This document shows positions 26,240 through 34,985 of a stretch of 64,000 nucleotides of DNA, piece by piece; position 1 is the stretch's first letter; each line of letters begins with the position of its first letter. The translations under genes were made by a program, and so were the position numbers. Location of the stretch: contig JADKAN010000001.1 of NCBI GenBank assembly GCA_016719225.1, positions 573,728 through 637,727 on the forward strand. The letters run 5' to 3'. This stretch comes from Flavobacteriales bacterium. GTDB taxonomy: Bacteria > Bacteroidota > Bacteroidia > Flavobacteriales_F > PHOS-HE28. The notes below the pieces were generated by a model that saw only the letters and a list, made by a program, of their open reading frames with translations, ran no database searches and was not told the origin of the DNA.

Positions 26240-26247
26240 CGGGTGTG

Positions 26248-26637
26248 CTACTCCACTTTCGAGCGGTCCACTGTGCGCACCAGCTTTCCCTTCTCGTAGT
26301 AAAGCTCGCGGTAGATCTGGCCATCCGGCGCGTAGTCGGTCTGCACTCCCTCTTCCAAGCCGTTCTCCCAATGCTCGGTGAATTTGCGGGTGCCGTTGTC
26401 GTAGAAATAATTCCACTCGCCGTTCTCCTTTCCATCCTTGAAACGCCCACGGTAATCCAACTTGCCGTTCGGGTGATAGACCTCCTCCATCACCTTCATG
26501 GCGCTGTCGCCTTTGCCATCGTAGTGGATCACTACTTCGGGTTTGCCATCGGGGAACCTGCTGGCCACGTAACGGTGCGTGGAGCAGCCGAAGGCGAACA
26601 GCAGGGTGGCAACAAGTGCGATGTGCAGCGGTTTCAT
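26248..26637 (-). CDS. MORN-repeat lipoprotein (YwqK-like)
   Basis: Lipoprotein signal with lipobox LLFAFGCS. Repeated Y/W-x-G-x-x-x-G MORN-like units (HPNGKLDYRGRFKDGKENGEWNYFYDNGTRKFTEHWENGLEEGVQTDYAPDGQ). Confidence 0.6.
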   Translation of the reverse strand: MKPLHIALVATLLFAFGCSTHRYVASRFPDGKPEVVIHYDGKGDSAMKVMEEVYHPNGKLDYRGRFKDGKENGEWNYFYDNGTRKFTEHWENGLEEGVQTDYAPDGQIYRELYYEKGKLVRTVDRSKVE

Positions 26638-26668
26638 CGTTGCGCAAGCTACCGGTTTTCCGTTCCCG

Positions 26669-29185
26669 TCAGAAGCGGGCGATCACCTTCAGGTTCAACC
26701 GGCGCGGGCTCAGGAATTCCGGAATGCCATAATAGCGCCCTTGCACGTCCTGTATCCAGGTGTAATCCACCGTGTTGTTCAGGTTTATCAGGTTGAACAC
26801 CTCCAAGGAGATCCACAGGTCCTTGATGTGCCGCAGGAAGTTCGTTTTCTCCTGCCCTGGTGCACCCAACAGTTGTTTGCTGAAGCCGATGTCCACCCGA
26901 CGGTACAGGCTGGTGCGCAACGTGTCGGCATACCGGTTGAAGTTCGGTGGCCCGTACGGCAGGCTGGAACCGAAGACGAGGTTCAGGTGGACCTTGAACG
27001 TGGGCCAGTTCGGCATTTCATCCTGGAAGAACAGCGCGAAGCTGACGCGCTGGTCCGTGGGCCGGGGGATGTAGCCCGCTTCCACACGCGTGCTGTCCAC
27101 CGGCGTGCGGTCGCGCGTGTCGATACCGTCCGTCCGTTGACCGGCCGCGTTGTAGTAGTGGTAGTAAAAGTCACCGTCGAGGTTCTCCTCCGTTTGCATC
27201 ACGCTGAGCGAGGCCCACGATTCAACGCCCTTGATGAATTCGCCGTTGAGCTTCATATCGATGCCAGCTGCATAACCCTTGGCGTTGTTGTTGGCGTAGT
27301 ACCGGATGCGCACGTTGTCCAGCTCGTAGGGGTTCAGGTCGCTCAGGATCTTGTAATACGCCTCCGTGGTGAACTTGAACGGGCGGTCCCAGATCTTGAA
27401 CTGCCGGTCCATGCCCACGATGAAGTGGATGCTCCGCTGCGCCATGACGTCGGGGTTCAGCATGCCGCTGAAGTTGCGCAGTTCGCGGTAGAACGGCGGT
27501 TGGTAGTAAAGTCCGGTAGCGAACCAGAAGCTGTAGTCGTTCGGCACGGTATCGCCCGCAGCGTTCAGCTTTTTCCAACCGGGATGGTAGGCCAGCCGCA
27601 CCCGCGGACTGATCACCGTCTGTCCGTTGTAGCTCCAGTTCTGTCCGCGCACGCCGGCCACCAACGCCCAAGAGCGGTCGCGTCCGCGCTTCCATTCCCA
27701 AGCGTTCTGCACATAGGCTGAAGTACGCAAGCTTTTCAGATCGATGTTGCTCTTCACACTGGTCTGCAGGTTGAGCGAATCACCGCTGCTCTGCGGAATG
27801 CTGTAGCCCGCGCTGTCCACCACGTACCATTCGTTCAGGCGGTCACTGATGGCCTCCGTGCGCGCTTCCACGCCCCATTGCAGGTTGGAATTACCACCGG
27901 TGCCGTAGGTCAAGGAGCCTTTGTGCCCGAAGCTGGCCACGGTCGCTTCGAGGTTGTTGCGTGCATGGTCCAAGTAGCCACCGACGCCGAGGTCGCGCAC
28001 CACTTGGCCGAACTGGTCACTGCCGAGGTTGCGGTCGAGTTCGCCCAAGCGGTATTCGCCCAGAATGTCCAAGTGCTCGGTCTCGTAAGTGTTGAACACG
28101 CTTCCCGTGAATTTCAAAAGCGTGTTCTTGTTGGGCCGGACGTTCAGGTTCAACGCGCCGGAAAAAGTCTCGTACGCCGTCTTCTCCTGCCCTTCGAAAT
28201 ACACGGTGTAGCGCAGGGCTTGGTTGAAGTTGCCCAACTCGGTCTCCCGGTCCTGTGGTACCACGTCGTAGCGGTTCTTGGAGTACAGGCCCAGGAAGCC
28301 GAGCTCCACTTTGTCGCTCAGGTCGTATGTCCAGTAGCTCTGCAGGTCGGTGTAGGTGGGCGTGTAATCACCTTTGGTATCCAGCCCCTGCAGCACGGTG
28401 TTCAACGTGCGATAGCGGAAGCCGGTGATCTGGCGCAAGCGTTGTTTCGCCATGGCACTGCCCACCGTTACCGAGCCGCCCAGCAGGCTGGCGCTCGCAA
28501 TGGCCTCGAACTCGCGCGGACGTTTGTATTGGATGTCCAGCACGCTGCTCATCTTGTCGCCGTAGCGCGCCTCCCAACCACCAGCGCTGAAGTGTATCCG
28601 CTCGATCATGTCCGGGTTGGGGAAGCTCAAGCCTTCCTGCTGGCCGCTGCGGACCAGGAACGGCCGGTACACTTCGATGTCGTTCACATAAACAAGGTTC
28701 TCGTCGAAGTTGCCGCCACGCACGTTGTATCCGCTGCTCAGCTCGTTGCGCGTCATCACTCCGAGGCTGCCCTGCAGCAGGCTGTTCACGTCGCCCAGCG
28801 ACGGCTGGAAATGCGACGTGCGTGCGTTCAGCTTATCGATGCCTGCGTCGCGCAGCCGCTCGTTCGTTACCGTTACCGTGTTGATCGTTGTGGAACGTAT
28901 TGTGACGTCCAGCGTGCGGTTCTCTCCGGCTTTCAGTTCCATGTTGCGCTCCACGGTCTCCGCACCGGGGTAGGCGTAGCGCACGGTAATGGGCCTGCCT
29001 GCGGGGACCGTCAAGGAATAGCTTCCGTTCGAGCCTGCCGATGTCGCGGATGCGCCTGCAACGGCAACGCTGACATCCGGCAAAGGGCGGTTCTCATCAT
29101 CGCGCACCACACCGCTCAGGATGGCGGTCTGGGCATGGACCAAAGAGGGCAGAAACAACCACAGGAACAGGAAAATACGACGCAT
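26669..29185 (-). CDS. TonB-dependent outer-membrane receptor with N-terminal carboxypeptidase-regulatory-like domain
   Basis: Signal peptide MRRIFLFLWLFLPSLVHAQ. CarbopepD_reg-like VRDDENRPLPDVSVAVAGAS...GSYSL. Plug domain and long beta-barrel. C-terminal aromatic residue (…KVIARF). Confidence 0.85.
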   Translation of the reverse strand: MRRIFLFLWLFLPSLVHAQTAILSGVVRDDENRPLPDVSVAVAGASATSAGSNGSYSLTVPAGRPITVRYAYPGAETVERNMELKAGENRTLDVTIRSTTINTVTVTNERLRDAGIDKLNARTSHFQPSLGDVNSLLQGSLGVMTRNELSSGYNVRGGNFDENLVYVNDIEVYRPFLVRSGQQEGLSFPNPDMIERIHFSAGGWEARYGDKMSSVLDIQYKRPREFEAIASASLLGGSVTVGSAMAKQRLRQITGFRYRTLNTVLQGLDTKGDYTPTYTDLQSYWTYDLSDKVELGFLGLYSKNRYDVVPQDRETELGNFNQALRYTVYFEGQEKTAYETFSGALNLNVRPNKNTLLKFTGSVFNTYETEHLDILGEYRLGELDRNLGSDQFGQVVRDLGVGGYLDHARNNLEATVASFGHKGSLTYGTGGNSNLQWGVEARTEAISDRLNEWYVVDSAGYSIPQSSGDSLNLQTSVKSNIDLKSLRTSAYVQNAWEWKRGRDRSWALVAGVRGQNWSYNGQTVISPRVRLAYHPGWKKLNAAGDTVPNDYSFWFATGLYYQPPFYRELRNFSGMLNPDVMAQRSIHFIVGMDRQFKIWDRPFKFTTEAYYKILSDLNPYELDNVRIRYYANNNAKGYAAGIDMKLNGEFIKGVESWASLSVMQTEENLDGDFYYHYYNAAGQRTDGIDTRDRTPVDSTRVEAGYIPRPTDQRVSFALFFQDEMPNWPTFKVHLNLVFGSSLPYGPPNFNRYADTLRTSLYRRVDIGFSKQLLGAPGQEKTNFLRHIKDLWISLEVFNLINLNNTVDYTWIQDVQGRYYGIPEFLSPRRLNLKVIARF

Positions 29186-29330
29186 GCAAGGGTTTCGGTG
29201 GAAGGGCAGGGGAACTCGCGCTGGCCAAAGTAACGGGGAAGGGCCGATCCAATTGCCTTTGAGCCTGTTTTGAGCGCGCTTGAGGTTTGCAGCTTCTCGC
29301 CGCAAGCCTCAAGCTTTCAAGCCACACGTG

Positions 29331-30590
29331 TCAAGCGGCCCAGGCCTTCCTCGCATGCCCTTTCAGGCCGTACCACAGAATGAAGAGGTAGCAGGGCACC
29401 ATCATCCAATACGCCTGTTGGTGCCCGATGGACGGCAGTTCGGCCAGCTTTCCGTAGACCAACGGCAGCACCGCTCCGCCAGCGATGGCCATGATCAGGA
29501 GCGCGCTGCCGGTCTTGGTATGCCGCCCAAGCCCGTTGATCGCCAAGGGCCAGATCGCCGGCCATACCAACGCGTTCGCGAAACCGAGCAGGGCGATGCA
29601 CATCACGGAATTGTAGCCCGATAGCTGCGTGGCGGCCACCGTGAGCACCACGCCCAGCACCGCTGAAACCGCCAAGGCCTTGCTCTGCGCAATGAATTTC
29701 GGAATGGCCGCGATACCCACGATGTAGCCCACCACCATCCCGATCAATGTGTAACTGGTGAGGTGTTTCGTGGCGCTGAGCGGCATGCCCAGCGAACTGC
29801 CATAGATGCCGATGGTGTCGCCAGCCATCACCTCCACACCCACATAAAGGAACAAGGCGATCACACCCAGCACCAGGTTCGGGAACGATAGGATGGAGCG
29901 GCCATCGGTGGAAACTCCGGGCGCGTCCACTTCAGGGTCCAGCTCCGGGAGAGGCGAGAAGTTCACGAAAAGGCCCAAGGCTACCAGCACAGCGGCCATC
30001 ACCGCATAAGGCATGATCACGCGGCCGGCCAGTTCATCCAAGCGCGCCGCGCGCAACGGGCCTTCCAATGCGGCCAGGTCGGTCTGCAAGGAATCCGCAT
30101 CCGCCAGCAGCAATGCGCCCAAGACGAACGGGGCCAGCACCCCGGCCATTTTGTTGCAAATGCCCATCACGCTGATCCGCGCGGCGGCACTCTCAATGGG
30201 ACCCACCACCGTGATGTACGGATTGCTTGCCGTTTGCAGCAGCGAAAGACCCGTACCGATGATGAAGAGCCCCGCGAGGAACAAGCCGTAGGAGCGGCCC
30301 TGTGCTGCGGGGATGAACAACAGCGCGCCCAAGGCCATGGTCCAAAGGCCGTACATCATGCCGCGCTTCATGCCGGTCTTCCCCAGCACCCACGCCATGG
30401 GTAGCGCCGTAACGAAGTAGGCGATGTAGAACGCGAACGTGACGTAGAACGGTTCCGCTCCGTTCTTCAGTTCGCACACGATCTTCAGGTAGCTGATCAG
30501 CGGCCCGTTGATCCACGTGACGAAGCCGAACAAAAAGAACAGCGCGCCAATAATGACGACCGCGGTGGTGGTGTGTGTGCGTTGGGCCAT
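29331..30590 (-). CDS. MFS sugar transporter (glucose/galactose or fucose permease, FucP/GluP family)
   Basis: 12 TM. N-terminal VVIIGALFFLFGFVTWINGPLISYLK is the FucP/GluP family signature. Confidence 0.8.
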   Translation of the reverse strand: MAQRTHTTTAVVIIGALFFLFGFVTWINGPLISYLKIVCELKNGAEPFYVTFAFYIAYFVTALPMAWVLGKTGMKRGMMYGLWTMALGALLFIPAAQGRSYGLFLAGLFIIGTGLSLLQTASNPYITVVGPIESAAARISVMGICNKMAGVLAPFVLGALLLADADSLQTDLAALEGPLRAARLDELAGRVIMPYAVMAAVLVALGLFVNFSPLPELDPEVDAPGVSTDGRSILSFPNLVLGVIALFLYVGVEVMAGDTIGIYGSSLGMPLSATKHLTSYTLIGMVVGYIVGIAAIPKFIAQSKALAVSAVLGVVLTVAATQLSGYNSVMCIALLGFANALVWPAIWPLAINGLGRHTKTGSALLIMAIAGGAVLPLVYGKLAELPSIGHQQAYWMMVPCYLFILWYGLKGHARKAWAA

Positions 30591-30707
30591 GCGGAATTGT
30601 TGCCGGTGAAAGTATCGGCGTGGTTCCTTGGCGACGGACGCGAAGCGATGCAGTTATCCGCAGCGCGCTGTGCGGAAAAAAGGAGAGCATCCCCGCTAAC
30701 GGGACAC

Positions 30708-30735
30708 TCAAAAGAAAACCCCGGACAGGCCGGGG
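30708..30735 (-). terminator. Rho-independent terminator (minus strand)
   Basis: On the minus strand, hairpin ccccggcctgtccgggg followed by ttttcttttg. Located just 3' of the small ORF 30763..30939. Confidence 0.5.
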
Positions 30736-30762
30736 TCATGGGTCAACGGGAAGGTATACCGG

Positions 30763-30939
30763 TCAATTCAACTGCTCCCACGCGCGGCTACCTTGTATGC
30801 GGCGGTAACGGGCCATCACCTCCTCGTAGCTCGCGGGCAGGTTCAGGTCCGCCAACGGATCGAACGTCAAGTGGTCACCACCGGCATAGGTGTCGGGGGC
30901 ACGCTCTTCAGCGGGCTTTTCAGGTGCGGTAAGTTTCAT
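30763..30939 (-). CDS. Small hypothetical protein (58 aa)
   Basis: ORF MKLTAPEKPAEERAPDTYAGGDHLTFDPLADLNLPASYEEVMARYRRIQGSRAWEQLN. It sits 80 nt downstream of the GNAT gene and is followed by its own intrinsic terminator. No recognised family. Confidence 0.35.
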   Translation of the reverse strand: MKLTAPEKPAEERAPDTYAGGDHLTFDPLADLNLPASYEEVMARYRRIQGSRAWEQLN

Positions 30940-31018
30940 GCTTAGGCAATAGCTCCTTGCAGGGGGCGAACACAAAGTTAGGTCGCGTTGGCACCGTTGG
31001 GCAATTTTCCTCCAACGA

Positions 31019-31876
31019 TCAAAGAATATCGAAGTCCATCGGGTCCCAGCGCACGGTGCGCGGATCCAGCGTTCGGCCTTGTCCGGTGAGGTCCTTGAAG
31101 ATGAGGTTGAGCGGGGAGGGGCGGAAGCGCATCGGGATGTTCACGTAAGCCTTGCCGCCCCAGTGCATCGCGGGATCCAACCCGATGAGCACTTTGCCGA
31201 ACACTATGCCCGGTTCTTGCGGTAGCACCGCCGCTGGCACCGGTGCATCCAATTCCCCCATCACGAACCGCGCGCCGTATTGACTGCGATGCGAAAGCAC
31301 CAGCGACCGTCCTTGTTCCGTGTACGCGGAGTAAGGGTAGGCCGGGTGCTGTACCCGCCAAGCGATCGCAGCCGCATCGCGCACAGGCGCAAAGGCAGGG
31401 ATGACCTCCGGGTCCCTGCGCGGCAACGTGCCCACGCCGATCATGGCGCGCAGCGGCGATACCAGTTCAAAGCCCAGCTTCCGCAGAAAGCCCGGCGTAC
31501 TGTTCAAGTTCGCCACTCCAGCCACGAAACCGTAGCCCGCATCCGCTGCCAGCGCATAGGTGGCATTCGCCAATTTCGTAAAGAGCCCTTTCCCTTGGTG
31601 TGCGGGGGCAGTGGCCGTATTCAACGATAACAGGCCCCGTTCCACTGTGCCGTTCACCCTGGCCAACATGGGAATGGTGGCATAATGCCCCACCAATTCG
31701 GTGCCGTGCCAAGCGTTGAACCCCAAGGCCGAGCCAGTAGGGTTCAGCCGGTACTGCCAGCGCAATACCTCCGCCGTGAAGTGCTTGGCATCGGGGAATA
31801 CCCCGGCCAACAACGCCACTACCGGCAGCAGACCAGCGTCCGTTGCATCCACCGGCCTCAGCTCGTAGTCCGCCAT
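31019..31876 (-). CDS. GNAT-family N-acetyltransferase with C-terminal extension
   Basis: Acetyl-CoA-binding motif-A-like segment HQGKGLFTKLANATYALAADAGYGFVAGVANLNSTPGFLRKLGFE. Start chosen at MADYELRPVD. Confidence 0.6.
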   Translation of the reverse strand: MADYELRPVDATDAGLLPVVALLAGVFPDAKHFTAEVLRWQYRLNPTGSALGFNAWHGTELVGHYATIPMLARVNGTVERGLLSLNTATAPAHQGKGLFTKLANATYALAADAGYGFVAGVANLNSTPGFLRKLGFELVSPLRAMIGVGTLPRRDPEVIPAFAPVRDAAAIAWRVQHPAYPYSAYTEQGRSLVLSHRSQYGARFVMGELDAPVPAAVLPQEPGIVFGKVLIGLDPAMHWGGKAYVNIPMRFRPSPLNLIFKDLTGQGRTLDPRTVRWDPMDFDIL

Positions 31877-32030
31877 TCGGCGAAGGTAGCGGCGGTCAGC
31901 CTCGGCTTGCGGTAACGGCCATGGGAAAGCTGCACATCGGAATGCGCATACCGGAAGAACGCCCTCCCGCACCGTGGCATGCAGCGGACGATTACATTTG
32001 CCGCCCCGGATCGGAACGGTCCGGGCAAAA

Positions 32031-32102
32031 GCCTCCTTAGCTCAGCGGTAGAGCAGCTCATTCGTAATGAGCAGGTCGTCAGTTCAATTCTGACAGGAGG
32101 CT
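32031..32102 (+). tRNA. tRNA-Thr (anticodon CGT)
   Basis: 72-nt cloverleaf. Acceptor stem GCCTCCT/AGGAGGC, D-stem GCTC/GAGC, anticodon stem GCTCA/TGAGC with loop TTCGTAA (anticodon CGT), T-stem GTCAG/CTGAC with loop TTCAATT. CCA is not encoded. Confidence 0.85.
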
Positions 32103-32114
32103 CCGCAACCCGCA

Positions 32115-32150
32115 ACACAGCCTCCGGTATTTCCGGGGGCTGTGTTTTTT
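32115..32150 (+). terminator. Rho-independent terminator after tRNA-Thr
   Basis: Hairpin acacagcctccgg-tatt-tccgggggctgtgt followed by tttttt. Confidence 0.6.
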
Positions 32151-32335
32151 GCAGCGATCGTGGCAAGGCTTGCCCGATCCCCCAATGGACGGGGAGCGAA
32201 TGTCCATCCGTTATCGTGGTGCTTTGCCGGAAACCCCACGGCAGGCAAGGGTTTGCGGCGGTCAGGGTATGTCGGGTATGATGTCTGCATCAGGAAGTGC
32301 GTTCACATACACTAACCCAAATACCCCAAGCAACA

Positions 32336-32557
32336 ATGAGTGCTACAACGGATAAGATCAAAGGGAACTGGAACGAAATGAAAGGCAAGCTGAAGCAGCA
32401 ATACGGCCAGCTCACCGACAATGACCTCACCTATGTGGAGGGGAAGGAAGATGAACTTTACGGTCGCCTGCAGCAGAAGCTCGGCAAGACCAAGGACCAA
32501 GTGAAGGAAATGTTCGACACGCATACCAAGGCAGCCGAAGAGAAGGCACCTCACTAA
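32336..32557 (+). CDS. CsbD-family general stress protein
   Basis: [58 protein letters not shown] is the CsbD-like signature (about 73 aa). Confidence 0.8.
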   Translation: MSATTDKIKGNWNEMKGKLKQQYGQLTDNDLTYVEGKEDELYGRLQQKLGKTKDQVKEMFDTHTKAAEEKAPH

Positions 32558-32580
32558 GGTCAGCGTTGATCAGTTTGAAG

Positions 32581-32609
32581 GCGGGGAGCGGAAGCTCCCC
32601 GCTTTTTTT
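32581..32609 (+). terminator. Rho-independent terminator after the csbD-like gene
   Basis: Hairpin gcggggagc-ggaa-gctccccgc followed by ttttttt. Confidence 0.65.
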
Positions 32610-32647
32610 GCTACATCCACCAGGGCCAACGGTCCGTACATAGCGTT

Positions 32648-33592
32648 ATGCGGGTCCTTTTTCTCTCGGCGATCATGGTGCACGCATTGTTGGCGGTGGG
32701 GCAGAAGCCGTCGGCCACGGGCACGGCTTCGCATACTGCCAGCTTTACCTACGCGAACGACTTCTTTACCGCGACGGACCGCTATTTCACCCAAGGTGTG
32801 GGCCTCCGCTACGGCTCGCTTTCCCTAGGAACATCCTGGCTGTCCAAGCCGATGTTGCGTCTGCACGCCGACCCTTCCCCATGGTTGACCGTCCGCCTAC
32901 AGCAGGACTGCTATACGCCCTCTAGCATCCGGACGGATACCATCCGCCCGTTGGACCAGCCCTTTGCCGCGGCCATCTACCTCGGACTGGAGGCCACCTC
33001 TTTGGTTGCGCTCACTGGTGTAAAGCTTTCCTCCAGCCTCATCGCCGGGGTGTTGGGCCCCTGCGCTTCCTGCATGGAGGAACAGCAATGGATCCACCAC
33101 GGCTTGGGCAACATCGAGCCGTTGGGCTGGCAGTATCAAGTGCATTCCGATGTGCTGCTCAACTACGGGGCCCTGCTCGAAAAGCGCCTCTTCAGCAGCA
33201 ATTGGGCCGAAGGGCGCGGCGGACTGGCCGTCCAAGTGGGTACCTACCGGGACGATGCCACGGCCTCCTTCACCTTGGCACTGGGCAAGGGCGCATCGGG
33301 CTTCACACCCCCACAACAGCGGCCCACAAAACCACAGTTCCGCGCCTTCGGGAATGCGGCACTCACCGTGGTGGGCTACGACGCTCCCCTGCAAGGCGGC
33401 ATGTTCCAACGGGACAACCCCCACGTGCTCCCTGCGGACCGTATCGAACGGGTGGTGGCGGGCTACGGCTGGGGCGCCCGCTTCAACTACAAGGCCGTGG
33501 ACCTCGAGTACCGGGAATGGTACATCGGCCGCACCTTCGAAGGTGGCCTCACCCACGGCTGGGGGACGGTGGTGTTGATGGGATGGTTTTAA
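32648..33592 (+). CDS. LpxR-family outer-membrane protein (candidate lipid A 3-O-deacylase)
   Basis: Signal peptide MRVLFLSAIMVHALLAVGQ. N-terminal YANDFFTATDRYFTQG and downstream CYTPSS resemble the LpxR family blocks (D-R-x-YT-x-G, YxP). Predicted beta-barrel, 314 aa. Confidence 0.5.
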   Translation: MRVLFLSAIMVHALLAVGQKPSATGTASHTASFTYANDFFTATDRYFTQGVGLRYGSLSLGTSWLSKPMLRLHADPSPWLTVRLQQDCYTPSSIRTDTIRPLDQPFAAAIYLGLEATSLVALTGVKLSSSLIAGVLGPCASCMEEQQWIHHGLGNIEPLGWQYQVHSDVLLNYGALLEKRLFSSNWAEGRGGLAVQVGTYRDDATASFTLALGKGASGFTPPQQRPTKPQFRAFGNAALTVVGYDAPLQGGMFQRDNPHVLPADRIERVVAGYGWGARFNYKAVDLEYREWYIGRTFEGGLTHGWGTVVLMGWF

Positions 33593-33759
33593 GCGTTGAA
33601 CAACACCGATGAGCTAGCCGTTGCATGTTGGAAATACGCCTAACAAGGACTAGATCCATGGCTTTCTATCCGCACCGAACTAAATGATCAGGTGAACCTC
33701 AACCGACCAGCATCGCCGCCTTCCGCGATATCCGTATCCCTACGGCCACGCCGAGCCGA

Positions 33760-34742
33760 TCAGCGTTTTCCTATCCATTCTGGAATGTGGAAGAGCCGCC
33801 CGCTAAGGACTGCTTGCTGCGCTCCCCACTTGGCATTATTCGCGAACCGATCCAACGCATCGGGGATCTTCTCGTATTGCTCCTTCCGCATCCGAAATGT
33901 ATCGTTCCATACCACCATTTTAGGCGGGATCAGGAAGTTGATCACCAACAGGGTTGCAACTATTCCACCGAACCTTTTCGGACCCCACCTTTGGTGCAGT
34001 TCCCAGCAACTCAGCAGCACTGCGGGAAAGGCAAGAACCATTAAGCGCGTAGTGTCATGCGCTATTAGTTCTTGGCTGCAGACCGGAAGTATGATCAACG
34101 GATAGATCATGCACCTGCGTAGCGCCTTTGATACATGCTCATTACGAACGCCGCCATTGGCAATAGCCACATCATTCTGAAGGACCAGAACAAGCCCCAA
34201 AGTGTGGGCCCTAATTCCCGGTAATTCACATTGACGTTGGCAGTGGTCAAGTAGTACGCTGGTCCGAGAACACTTGGGTCCATACTAGTGGCCCAAACGC
34301 GGTAAAGGAGATAAGGGACCAAGAAGAGCGCTAGCCAGCCGAAAAATCGGATCGGTCGTCCATTGCTTGTTCTGTCCAAGTACTGGGTGTAAAGCACAGC
34401 CGGTAACAAGACCAGCGCCGATTCGTGGTTGCAAACAGCCACGGCGAAGGCAAGGGCTTTCCAACGAAGCGGAAATCGGGGAAGCAAGCATAGGAGAATA
34501 AAAAAGTAAGTGATCGCATCCGTGTATCCAGGTGCGTAGAGCGTGACGAACGCAGTACACGTAAAGGTGATCGCGGCACTTGTCAAAAGCGCATTGATCG
34601 GCAAAAGCCCTTTTCTCCGGGCGCTGAAGTAGCAAAGAGCGATCAAGGCAATGAGGAAGGACCAAGGCAATAGGACGAAAACAGGGCCACGTAAGAAAGT
34701 GAGATAGCCTAACAGCGGCCCGAAGAGCCGCAACCGCAACAT
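33760..34742 (-). pseudogene. Integral membrane protein gene apparently disrupted by a frameshift near 34107-34200 and an in-frame stop upstream
   Basis: Two overlapping minus-strand ORFs (34107..34799 and 33760..34200) both encode polytopic hydrophobic sequence, and their 93-nt overlap implies a +/-1 frameshift. In addition, a 36-codon hydrophobic ORF MVRTEIRLGRIPVAMFIGLIFFLLVAVYIGPSYEPV (34808..34913) is in frame with the 5' part but separated by a TAA. Confidence 0.4.
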
Positions 34743-34985
34743 GATCGGTGTGCTGGTGTCGAACGGCGCATTGGACAGTCGGGCATATTCGAAGCCCAAT
34801 TATACTGGTTCGTACGATGGTCCTATGTAGACCGCCACAAGGAGAAAGAAGATCAGCCCGATGAACATAGCGACCGGGATCCGACCTAAACGGATCTCCG
34901 TGCGCACCATTGAGCGGTTCAGCCACATTCCATACGTTGTTGATGGTGTACTGCTTGGTCTGCTGTTGTGCTTTCGCCAACCCGC

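Noticed and set aside
31973-32300. tRNA-Thr as an attachment site for an integrative element.
   Set aside because: There is no integrase, excisionase or direct repeat of the tRNA 3' end within the window. Flanking genes (GNAT, CsbD, LpxR-like) are not obviously mobile. It is kept only as context in one finding.
34285-34980. A 231-aa minus-strand ORF overlapping the membrane-protein region and the FAD-oxidoreductase 3' end.
   Set aside because: It is in a different frame from the hydrophobic, membrane-protein-like reading frame, and its composition is typical of GC-driven spurious ORFs.
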